Part shown: one piece after another, positions 1 to 10,181 of the stretch
Layout: the number at the start of each line of letters is the position of its first letter
Position numbering within the stretch: position 1 is the stretch's first letter
Assembly: GCA_964057225.1 (NCBI GenBank)
Contig: OZ059898.1
Coordinates: 18,104,001 to 18,168,000, forward strand
Length of the DNA: 64,000 nucleotides
Direction of reading: 5' to 3'
Source of the DNA: Auanema rhodensis
Lineage: Eukaryota > Animalia > Nematoda
Translations under genes and position numbers: made by a program
Notes under the pieces: model-generated
What the model was told of the DNA's origin: nothing
The model's database searches: none
What the model saw: only the letters and a program-made list of their open reading frames with translations

Positions 1-32
1 AAAAAATTTTTGTCAAAATGTTTTTGGAAGCA

Positions 33-60
33 ATGTTGAGTGTACATGGAAACTCAACAT
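33..60. other. Perfect inverted repeat (hairpin 1): 9-bp stem, 10-nt loop, present in every monomer
   Basis: atgttgagt (33-41) is the exact reverse complement of actcaacat (52-60); the loop is gtacatggaa. Confidence 0.95.
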
Positions 61-143
61 ACACTAATGCATCATTTTTCAAACGATCATAACTAATTTT
101 TGTATAAAGCGTTTTTCAATGTAGTATAGTGCATTCGATGCGG

Positions 144-194
144 ATTTTTAAGCTGCGTCGATCTGTGTTATCAGATTTGCGCTAGCTTAAAAAT
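144..194. other. Long imperfect inverted repeat (hairpin 2), 51 nt, present in every monomer
   Basis: atttttaagct (144-154) pairs perfectly with agcttaaaaat (184-194). Inside it, gcg (155-157) pairs with cgc (180-182) and atctg (161-165) pairs with cagat (172-176) around a 6-nt loop tgttat. Confidence 0.93.
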
Positions 195-198
195 GCAC

Positions 199-237
199 CG
201 AGATATCAACTGATATAAGTTCACACTTATTTCCTCG
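199..237. other. Inverted repeat (hairpin 3): 9-bp stem, 4-nt loop, closed by cgag/ctcg
   Basis: gatataagt (212-220), loop tcac, acttatWtc (225-233); the stem is perfect in monomers reading acttatatc. Outer cgag (199-202) pairs with ctcg (234-237). An overlapping dyad atatca-ac-tgatat lies at 203-216. Confidence 0.88.
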
Positions 238-335
238 ATTTTCACCCTGAAGAATTAATTTTTTCGTTGAATAACATTGTCCATCGTCTTTGCCTTGAAA
301 AAAGGAATCTAAAAACATCTACTTTTTGCTAAATT

Positions 336-370
336 ATTTTGAAATTTTTTGAAAAAATTTTTGTCAAAAT
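336..370. other. A/T palindrome spanning the monomer junction within an A-tract block
   Basis: aaatttttt-g-aaaaaattt (342-360) is a perfect dyad around one G. It is flanked by attttga (336-342) and its reverse complement tcaaaat (364-370). Confidence 0.9.
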
Positions 371-2107
371 GTTTTTGGAAGCAATGTTGAGTGTACATGG
401 AAACTCAACATACACTAATGCATCATTTTTCAAACGATCATAACTAATTTTTGTATTAAGCGTTTCTCAATGTAGTATAGTGCATTCGATGCGGATTTTT
501 AAGCTGCGTCGATCTGTGTTATCAGATTTGCGCTAGCTTAAAAATGCACCGAGATATCAACTGAAATAAGTTCACACTTATATCCTCGATTTTCACCCTG
601 AAGAACTAATTTTTTTGTTGAAAAACATTGTCCATCGTGTTTGCCTTGAAAAAAGGAATCTAAAAACATCTACTTTTTGCTAAATTATTTTGAAATTTTT
701 TGAAAAAATTTTTGTCAAAATGTTTTTGGAAGCAATGTTGAGTGTACATGGAAACTCAACATACACTAATGCATCATTTTTCAAACGATCATAACTAATT
801 TTTGTATTAAGCGTTTCTCAAAGTAGTATAGTGCATTCGATGCGGATTTTTAAGCTGCGTCGATCTGTGTTATCAGATTTGCGCTAGCTTAAAAATGCAC
901 CGAGATATCAACTGATATAAGTTCACACTTATATCCTCGATTTTCACCCTGAAGAATTAATTTTTTTGTTGAATAACATTGTCCATCGTCTTTGCCTTAA
1001 AAAAAGGAATCTAAAAACATCTACTTTTTGCTAAATTATTTTGAAATTTTTTGAAAAAATTTTTGTCAAAATGTTTTTGGAAGCAATGTTGAGTGTACAT
1101 GGAAACTCAACATACACTAATGCATCATTTTTCAAACAATCATAACTAATTTTTGTATAAAGCGTTTCTCAATGTAGTATAGTGCATTCGATGCGGATTT
1201 TTAAGCTGCGTCGATCTGTGTTATCAGATTTGCGCTAGCTTAAAAATGCACCGAGATATCAACTGATATAAGTTCACACTTATATCCTCGATTTTCACCC
1301 TGAAGAATTAATTTTTTCGTTGAAAAACATTTTCCATCGTGTTTGCCTTGAAAAAAGGAATCTAAAAACATCTACTTTTTGCTAAATTATTTTGAAATTT
1401 TTCGAAAAAATTTTTGTCAAAATGTTTTTGGAAGCAATGTTGAGTGTACATGGAAACTCAACATACACTAATGCATCATTTTTCAAACGATCATAACTAA
1501 TTTTTGTATTAAGCGTTTCTCAATGTAGTATAGTGCATTCGATGCGGATTTTTAAGCTGCGTCGATCTGTGTTATCAGATTTGCGCTAGCTTAAAAATGC
1601 ACCGAGATATCAACTGATATAAGTTCACACTTATATCCTCGATTTTCACCCTGAAGAATTAATTTTTTCGTTGAATAACATTGTCCATCGTCTTTGCCTT
1701 GAAAAAAGGAATCTAAAAACATCTTCTTTTTGCTAAATTATTTTGAAATTTTTTGAAAAAAATTTTTGTCAAAATGTTTTTGGAAGCAATGTTGAGTGTA
1801 CATGGAAACTCAACATACACTAATGCATCATTTTTCAAACGATCATAACTAATTTTTGTATAAAGCGTTTCTCAATGTAGTATAGTGCATTCGATGCGGA
1901 TTTTTAAGCTGCGTCGATCTGTATTATCAGATTTGCGCTAGCTTAAAAATGCACCGAGATATCAACTGATATAAGTTCACACTTATATCCTCGATTTTCA
2001 CCCTGAAGAATTAATTTTTTTGTTGAATAACATTGTCCATCGTCTTTGCCTTGAAAAAAGGAATCTAAAAACATCTACTTTTTGCTAAATTATTTTGAAA
2101 TTTTTTG

Positions 2108-5100
2108 AAAAAAAATTTTGTCAAAATGTTTTTGGAAGCAATGTTGAGTGTACATGGAAACTCAACATACACTAATGCATCATTTTTCAAACGATCATAA
2201 CTAATTTTTGTATTAAGCGTTTCTCAAAGTAGTATAGTGCATTCGATGCGGATTTTTAAGCTGCGTCGATCTGTGTTATCAGATTTGCGCTAGCTTAAAA
2301 ATGCACCGAGATATCAACTGATATAAGTTCACACTTATATCCTCGATTTTCACCCTGAAGAATTAATTTTTTTGTTGAAAAACATTGTCCATCGTGTTTG
2401 CCTTGAAAAAAGGAATCTAAAAACATCTACTTTTTGCTAAATTATTTTGAAATTTTTTGAAAAAATTTTTGTCAAAATGTTTTTGGAAGCAATGTTGAGT
2501 GTACATGGAAACTCAACATACACTAATGCATCATTTTTCAAACGATCATAACTAATTTTTGTATTAAGCGTTTCTCAAAGTAGTATAGTGCATTCGATGC
2601 GGATTTTTAAGCTGCGTCGATCTGTGTTATCAGATTTGCGCTAGCTTAAAAATGCACCGAGATATCAACTGATATAAGTTCACACTTATATCCTCGATTT
2701 TCACCCTGAAGAATTAATTTTTTTGTTGAATAACATTGTCCATCGTGTTTGCCTTGAAAAAAGGAATCTAAAAACATCTACTTTTTGCTAAATTATTTTG
2801 AAATTTTTTGAAAAAATTTTTGTCAAAATGTTTTTGGAAGCAATGTTGAGTGTACATGGAAACTCAACATACACTAATGCATCATTTTTCAAACGATCAT
2901 AACTAATTTTTGTATTAAGCGTTTCTCAAAGTAGTATAGTGCATTCGATGCGGATTTTTAAGCTGCGTCGATCTGTGTTATCAGATCTGCGCTAGCTTAA
3001 AAATGCACCGAGATATCAACTGATATAAGTTCACACTTATTTCCTCGATTTTCACCCTGAAGAATTAATTTTTTCGTTGAATAACATTGTCCATCGTCTT
3101 TGCCTTGAAAAAAGGAATCTAAAAACATCTACTTTTTGCTAAATTATTTTGAAATTTTTTGAAAAAATTTTTGTCAAAATGTTTTTGGAAGCAATGTTGA
3201 GTGTACATGGAAACTCAACATACACTAATGCATCATTTTTCAAACGATCATAACTAATTTTTGTATTAAGCGTTTCTCAAAGTAGTATAGTGCATTCGAT
3301 GCGGATTTTTAAGCTGCGTCGATCTGTGTTATCAGATTTGCGCTAGCTTAAAAATGCACCGAGATATCAACTGATATAAGTTCACACTTATATCCTCGAT
3401 TTTCACCCTGAAGAATTAATTTTTTTGTTGAAAAACATTGTCCATCGTGTTTGCCTTGAAAAAAGGAATCTAAAAACATCTACTTTTTGCTAAATTATTT
3501 TGAAATTTTTTGAAAAAATTTTTGTCAAAATGTTTTTGGAAGCAATGTTGAGTGTACATGGAAACTCAACATACACTAATGCATCATTTTTCAAACGATC
3601 ATAACTAATTTTTGTATTAAGCGTTTCTCAAAGTAGTATAGTGCATTCGATGCGGATTTTTAAGCTGCGTCGATCTGTGTTATCAGATTTGCGCTAGCTT
3701 AAAAATGCACCGAGATATCAACTGATATAAGTTCACACTTATATCCTCGATTTTCACCCTGAAGAATTAATTTTTTTGTTGAATAACATTGTCCATCGTG
3801 TTTGCCTTGAAAAAAGGAATCTAAAAACATCTACTTTTTGCTAAATTATTTTGAAATTTTTTGAAAAAATTTTTGTCAAAATGTTTTTGGAAGCAATGTT
3901 GAGTGTACATGGAAACTCAACATACACTAATGCATCATTTTTCAAACGATCATAACTAATTTTTGTATTAAGCGTTTCTCAAAGTAGTATAGTGCATTCG
4001 ATGCGGATTTTTAAGCTGCGTCGATCTGTGTTATCAGATCTGCGCTAGCTTAAAAATGCACCGAGATATCAACTGATATAAGTTCACACTTATTTCCTCG
4101 ATTTTCACCCTGAAGAATTAATTTTTTCGTTGAATAACATTGTCCATCGTCTTTGCCTTGAAAAAAGGAATCTAAAAACATCTACTTTCTGCTAAATTAT
4201 TTTGAAATTTTTTGAAAAAATTTTTGTCAAAATGTTTTTGGAAGCAATGTTGAGTGTACATGGAAACTCAACATACACTAATGCATCATTTTTCAAACGA
4301 TCATAACTAATTTTTGTATTAAGCGTTTCTCAAAGTAGTATAGTGCATTCGATGCGGATTTTTAAGCTGCGTCGATCTGTGTTATCAGATCTGCGCTAGC
4401 TTAAAAATGCACCGAGATATCAACTGATATAAGTTCACACTTATTTCCTCGATTTTCACCCTGAAGAATTAATTTTTTCGTTGAATAACATTGTCCATCG
4501 TCTTTGCCTTGAAAAAAGGAATCTAAAAACATCTACTTTTTGCTAAATTATTTTGAAATTTTTTGAAAAAATTTTTGTCAAAATGTTTTTGGAAGCAATG
4601 TTGAGTGTACATGGAAACTCAACATACACTAATGCATCATTTTTCAAACGATCATAACTAATTTTTGTATTAAGCGTTTCTCAAAGTAGTATAGTGCATT
4701 CGATGCGGATTTTTAAGCTGCGTCGATCTGTGTTATCAGATTTGCGCTAGCTTAAAAATGCACCGAGATATCAACTGATATAAGTTCACACTTATATCCT
4801 CGATTTTCACCCTGAAGAATTAATTTTTTTGTTGAAAAACATTGTCCATCGTGTTTGCCTTGAAAAAAGGAATCTAAAAACATCTACTTTTTGCTAAATT
4901 ATTTTGAAATTTTTTGAAAAAATTTTTGTCAAAATGTTTTTGGAAGCAATGTTGAGTGTACATGGAAACTCAACATACACTAATGCATCATTTTTCAAAC
5001 GATCATAACTAATTTTTGTATTAAGCGTTTCTCAAAGTAGTATAGTGCATTCGATGCGGATTTTTAAGCTGCGTCGATCTGTGTTATCAGATTTGCGCTA

Positions 5101-5618
5101 GCTTAAAAATGCACCGAGATATCAACTGATATAAGTTCACACTTATATCCTCGATTTTCACCCTGAAGAATTAATTTTTTTGTTGAATAACATTGTCCAT
5201 CGTGTTTGCCTTGAAAAAAGGAATCTAAAAACATCTACTTTTTGCTAAATTATTTTGAAATTTTTTGAAAAAATTTTTGTCAAAATGTTTTTGGAAGCAA
5301 TGTTGAGTGTACATGGAAACTCAACATACACTAATGCATCATTTTTCAAACGATCATAACTAATTTTTGTATTAAGCGTTTCTCAAAGTAGTTTAGTGCA
5401 TTCGATGCGGATTTTTAAGCTGCGTCGATCTGTGTTATCAGATCTGCGCTAGCTTAAAAATGCACCGAGATATCAACTGATATAAGTTCACACTTATTTC
5501 CTCGATTTTCACCCTGAAGAATTAATTTTTTCGTTGAATAACATTGTCCATCGTCTTTGCCTTGAAAAAAGGAATCTAAAAACATCTACTTTCTGCTAAA
5601 TTATTTTGAAATTTTTTG
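2108..5618. repeat. Local 3-monomer higher-order repeat (~1053 bp), about 3 copies plus one extra monomer
   Basis: The order gaaaaac/cgtgtt monomer, gaataac/cgtgtt monomer, cagatct monomer recurs from 2108, 3162 and 4566. Confidence 0.75.
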
Positions 5619-7373
5619 AAAAAATTTTTGTCAAAATGTTTTTGGAAGCAATGTTGAGTGTACATGGAAACTCAACATACACTAATGCATCATTTTTCAA
5701 ACGATCATAACTAATTTTTGTATAAAGCGTTTTTCAATGTAGTATAGTGCATTCGATGCGGATTTTTAAGCTGCGTCGATCTGTGTTATCAGATTTGCGC
5801 TAGCTTAAAAATGCACCGAGATATCAACTGATATAAGTTCACACTTATTTCCTCGATTTTCACCCTGAAGAATTAATTTTTTCGTTGAATAACATTGTCC
5901 ATCGTCTTTGCCTTGAAAAAAGGAATCTAAAAACATCTTCTTTTTGCTAAATTATCTTGAAATTTTTTGAAAAAATTTTTGTCAAAATGTTTTTGGAAGC
6001 AATGTTGAGTGTACATGGAAACTCAACATACACTAATGCATCATTTTTCAAACGATCATAACTAATTTTTGTATTAAGCGTTTCTCAAAGTAGTATAGTG
6101 CATTCGATGCGGATTTTTAAGCTGCGTCGATCTGTGTTATCAGATCTGCGCTAGCTTAAAAATGCACCGAGATATCAACTGATATAAGTTCACACTTATT
6201 TCCTCGATTTTCACCCTGAAGAATTAATTTTTTCGTTGAATAACATTGTCCATCGTCTTTGCCTTGAAAAAAGAAATCTAAAAACATCTACTTTCTGCTA
6301 AATTATTTTGAAATTTTTTGGAAAAATTTTTGTCAAAATGTTTTTGGAAGCAATGTTGAGTGTACATGGAAACTCAACATACACTAATGCATCATTTTTC
6401 AAACGATCATAACTAATTTTTGTATAAAGCGTTTTTCAATGTAGTATAGTGCATTCGATGCGGATTTTTAAGCTGCGTCGATCTGTGTTATCAGATTTGC
6501 GCTAGCTTAAAAATGCACCGAGATATCAACTGATATAAGTTCACACTTATTTCCTCGATTTTCACCCTGAAGAATTAATTTTTTCGTTGAATAACATTGT
6601 CCATCGTCTTTGCCTTGAAAAAAGGAATCTAAAAACATCTTCTTTTTGCTAAATTATCTTGAAATTGTTTGAAAAAATTTTTGTCAAAATGTTTTTGGAA
6701 GCAATGTTGAGTGTACATGGAAACTCAACATACACTAATGCATCATTTTTCAAACGATCATAACTAATTTTTGTATAAAGCGTTTTTCAATGTAGTATAG
6801 TGCATTCGATGCGGATTTTTAAGCTGCGTCGATCTGTGTTATCAGATTTGCGCTAGCTTAAAAATGCACCGAGATATCAACTGATATAAGTTCACACTTA
6901 TTTCCTCGATTTTCACCCTGAAGAATTAATTTTTTCGTTGAATAACATTGTCCATCGTCTTTGCCTTGAAAAAAGGAATCTAAAAACATCTACTTTTTGC
7001 TAAATTATTTTGAAATTTTTTGAAAAAATTTTTGTCAAAATGTTTTTGGAAGCAATGTTGAGTGTACATGGAAACTCAACATACACTAATGCATCATTTT
7101 TCAAACGATCATAACTAATTTTTGTATTAAGCGTTTCTCAAAGTAGTATAGTGCATTCGATGCGGATTTTTAAGCTGCGTCGATCTGTGTTATCAGATTT
7201 GCGCTAGCTTAAAAATGCACCGAGATATCAACTGATATAAGTTCACACTTATTTCCTTGATTTTCACCCTGAAGAATTAATTTTTTCGTTGAATAACATT
7301 GTCCATCGTCTTTGCCTTGAAAAAAGGAATCTAAAAACATCTACTTTTTGCTAAATTATTTTGAAATTTTTTG

Positions 7374-10181
7374 AAAAAATTTTTGTCAAAATGTTTTTGG
7401 AAGCAATGTTGAGTGTACATGGAAACTCAACATACACTAATGCATCATTTTTCAAACGATCATAACTAATTTTTGTATTGAGCGTTTCTCAAAGTAGTAT
7501 AGTGCATTCGATGCGGATTTTTAAGCTGCGTCGATCTGTGTTATCAGATCTGCGCTAGCTTAAAAATGCACCGAGATATCAACTGATATAAGTTCACACT
7601 TATTTCCTCGATTTTCACCCTGAAGAATTAATTTTTTCGTTGAATAACATTGTCCATCGTCTTTGCCTTGAAAAAAGGAATCTAAAAACATCTACTTTTT
7701 GCTAAATTATTTTGAAATTTTTTGAAAAAATTTTTGTCAAAATGTTTTTGGAAGCAATGTTGAGTGTACATGGAAACTCAACATACACTAATGCATCATT
7801 TTTCAAACGATCATAACTAATTTTTGTATAAAGCGTTTTTCAATGTAGTATAGTGCATTCGATGCGGATTTTTAAGCTGCGTCGATCTGTGTTATCAGAT
7901 TTGCGCTAGCTTAAAAATGCACCGAGATATCAACTGATATAAGTTCACACTTATTTCCTCGATTTTCACCCTGAAGAATTAATTTTTTCGTTGAATAACA
8001 TTGTCCATCGTCTTTGCCTTGAAAAAAGGAATCTAAAAACATCTTCTTTTTGCTAAATTATCTTGAAATTTTTTGAAAAAATTTTTGTCAAAATGTTTTT
8101 GGAAGCAATGTTGAGTGTACATGGAAACTCAACATACACTAATGCATCATTTTTCAAACGATCATAACTAATTTTTGTATAAAGCGTTTTTCAATGTAGT
8201 ATAGTGCATTCGATGCAGATTTTTAAGCTGCGTCGATCTGTGTTATCAGATTTGCGCTAGCTTAAAAATGCACCGAGATATCAACTGATATAAGTTTACA
8301 CTTATTTCCTCGATTTTCACCCTGAAGAATTAATTTTTTCGTTGAATAACATTGTCCATCGTCTTTGCCTTGAAAAAAGGAATCTAAAAACATCTACTTT
8401 TTGCTAAATTATTTTGAAATTTTTTGAAAAAATTTTTGTCAAAATGTTTTTGGAAGCAATGTTGAGTGTACATGGAAACTCAACATACACTAATGCATCA
8501 TTTTTCAAACGATCATAACTAATTTTTGTATTAAGCGTTTCTCAAAGTAGTATAGTGCATTCGATGCGGATTTTTAAGCTGCGTCGATCTGTGTTATCAG
8601 ATCTGCGCTAGCTTAAAAATGCACCGAGATATCAACTGATATAAGTTCACACTTATTTCCTCGATTTTCACCCTGAAGAATTAATTTTTTCGTTGAATAA
8701 CATTGTCCATCGTCTTTGCCTTGAAAAAAGGAATCTAAAAACATCTACTTTTTGCTAAATTATTTTGAAATTTTTTGAAAAAATTTTTGTCAAAATGTTT
8801 TTGGAAGCAATGTTGAGTGTACATGGAAACTCAACATACACTAATGCATCATTTTTCAAACGATCATAACTAATTTTTGTATAAAGCGTTTTTCAATGTA
8901 GTATAGTGCATTCGATGCGGATTTTTAAGCTGCGTCGATCTGTGTTATCAGATTTGCGCTAGCTTAAAAATGCACCGAGATATCAACTGATATAAGTTCA
9001 CACTTATTTCCTCGATTTTCACCCTGAAGAATTAATTTTTTCGTTGAATAACATTGTCCATCGTCTTTGCCTTGAAAAAAGGAATCTAAAAACATCTTCT
9101 TTTTGCTAAATTATCTTGAAATTTTTTGAAAAAATTTTTGTCAAAATGTTTTTGGAAGCAATGTTGAGTGTACATGGAAACTCAACATACACTAATGCAT
9201 CATTTTTCAAACGATCATAACTAATTTTTGTATAAAGCGTTTTTCAATGTAGTATAGTGCATTCGATGCAGATTTTTAAGCTGCGTCGATCTGTGTTATC
9301 AGATTTGCGCTAGCTTAAAAATGCACCGAGATATCAACTGATATAAGTTCACACTTATTTCCTCGATTTTCACCCTGAAGAATTAATTTTTTCGTTGAAT
9401 AACATTGTCCATCGTCTTTGCCTTGAAAAAAGGAATCTAAAAACATCTACTTTTTGCTAAATTATTTTGAAATTTTTTGAAAAAATTTTTGTCAAAATGT
9501 TTTTGGAAGCAATGTTGAGTGTACATGGAAACTCAACATACACTAATGCATCATTTTTCAAACGATCATAACTAATTTTTGTATTAAGCGTTTCTCAAAG
9601 TAGTATAGTGCATTCGATGCGGATTTTTAAGCTGCGTCGATCTGTGTTATCAGATCTGCGCTAGCTTAAAAATGCACCGAGATATCAACTGATATAAGTT
9701 CACACTTATTTCCTCGATTTTCACCCTGAAGAATTAATTTTTTCGTTGAATAACATTGTCCATCGTCTTTGCCTTGAAAAAAGGAATCTAAAAACATCTA
9801 CTTTTTGCTAAATTATTTTGAAATTTTTTGAAAAAATTTTTGTCAAAATGTTTTTGGAAGCAATGTTGAGTGTACATGGAAACTCAACATACACTAATGC
9901 ATCATTTTTCAAACGATCATAACTAATTTTTGTATAAAGCGTTTTTCAATGTAGTATAGTGCATTCGATGCGGATTTTTAAGCTGCGTCGATCTGTGTTA
10001 TCAGATTTGCGCTAGCTTAAAAATGCACCGAGATATCAACTGATATAAGTTCACACTTATTTCCTCGATTTTCACCCTGAAGAATTAATTTTTTCGTTGA
10101 ATAACATTGTCCATCGTCTTTGCCTTGAAAAAAGGAATCTAAAAACATCTTCTTTTTGCTAAATTATCTTGAAATTTTTTG
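7374..10181. repeat. Local 3-monomer higher-order repeat (1053 bp)
   Basis: The rare marker gatgcagat occurs at 8217 and 9270 (1053 apart). The tcttctt/ttatctt and cagatct monomers recur in the same phase. Confidence 0.8.

Larger units (their letters stand above)
1..351. repeat. Representative satellite monomer (31% GC; BsrGI 41-46, NsiI 67-72, NheI 181-186, EcoRV 202-207)
   Basis: Read and counted directly (C=55, G=53). Recurrent variable positions in monomer coordinates include 85, 106, 112, 115, 120, 142, 154, 167, 174, 177, 214, 231, 265, 272, 279, 288, 321, 338 and 350, plus the length of the leading A run. Confidence 0.97.

Noticed and set aside
18-92. Short ORF MFLEAMLSVHGNSTYTNASFFKRS in each monomer
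   Set aside because: It is only 24 codons, which is expected by chance, with no recognisable motif or expression signals.
144-194. Rho-independent terminator or bacterial regulatory hairpins
   Set aside because: There is no gene context, the stems are AT-rich, and the window is a eukaryote-type satellite array.
262-278. CENP-B box-like motif tttcgttgaataacatt
   Set aside because: It matches only the 5' TTCG....A part of NTTCGNNNNANNCGGGN. The CGGG half is missing and the C is polymorphic.
1-351. Internal dimer of two ~175-bp subunits
   Set aside because: Only short matches at inconsistent offsets (aatgca 66/192; taattttt 94/256), with no convincing half-monomer alignment by eye.
1-351. Tandem RNA gene (5S rRNA, tRNA, snRNA, spliced leader) or hammerhead ribozyme satellite
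   Set aside because: I recognised no 5S or tRNA sequence or A/B boxes, and no CUGANGA hammerhead core (ctgatat, ctgaaat and reverse-strand ctgataa do not fit; ctgaaga at 247 lacks an obvious three-stem context with GAAA). An Rfam/Infernal scan would settle this.
1-351. Assignment to a named satellite family or species
   Set aside because: Length, AT content and A-tracts resemble insect ~350-360 bp satellites in general, but I do not recognise the sequence. A BLAST search is required.
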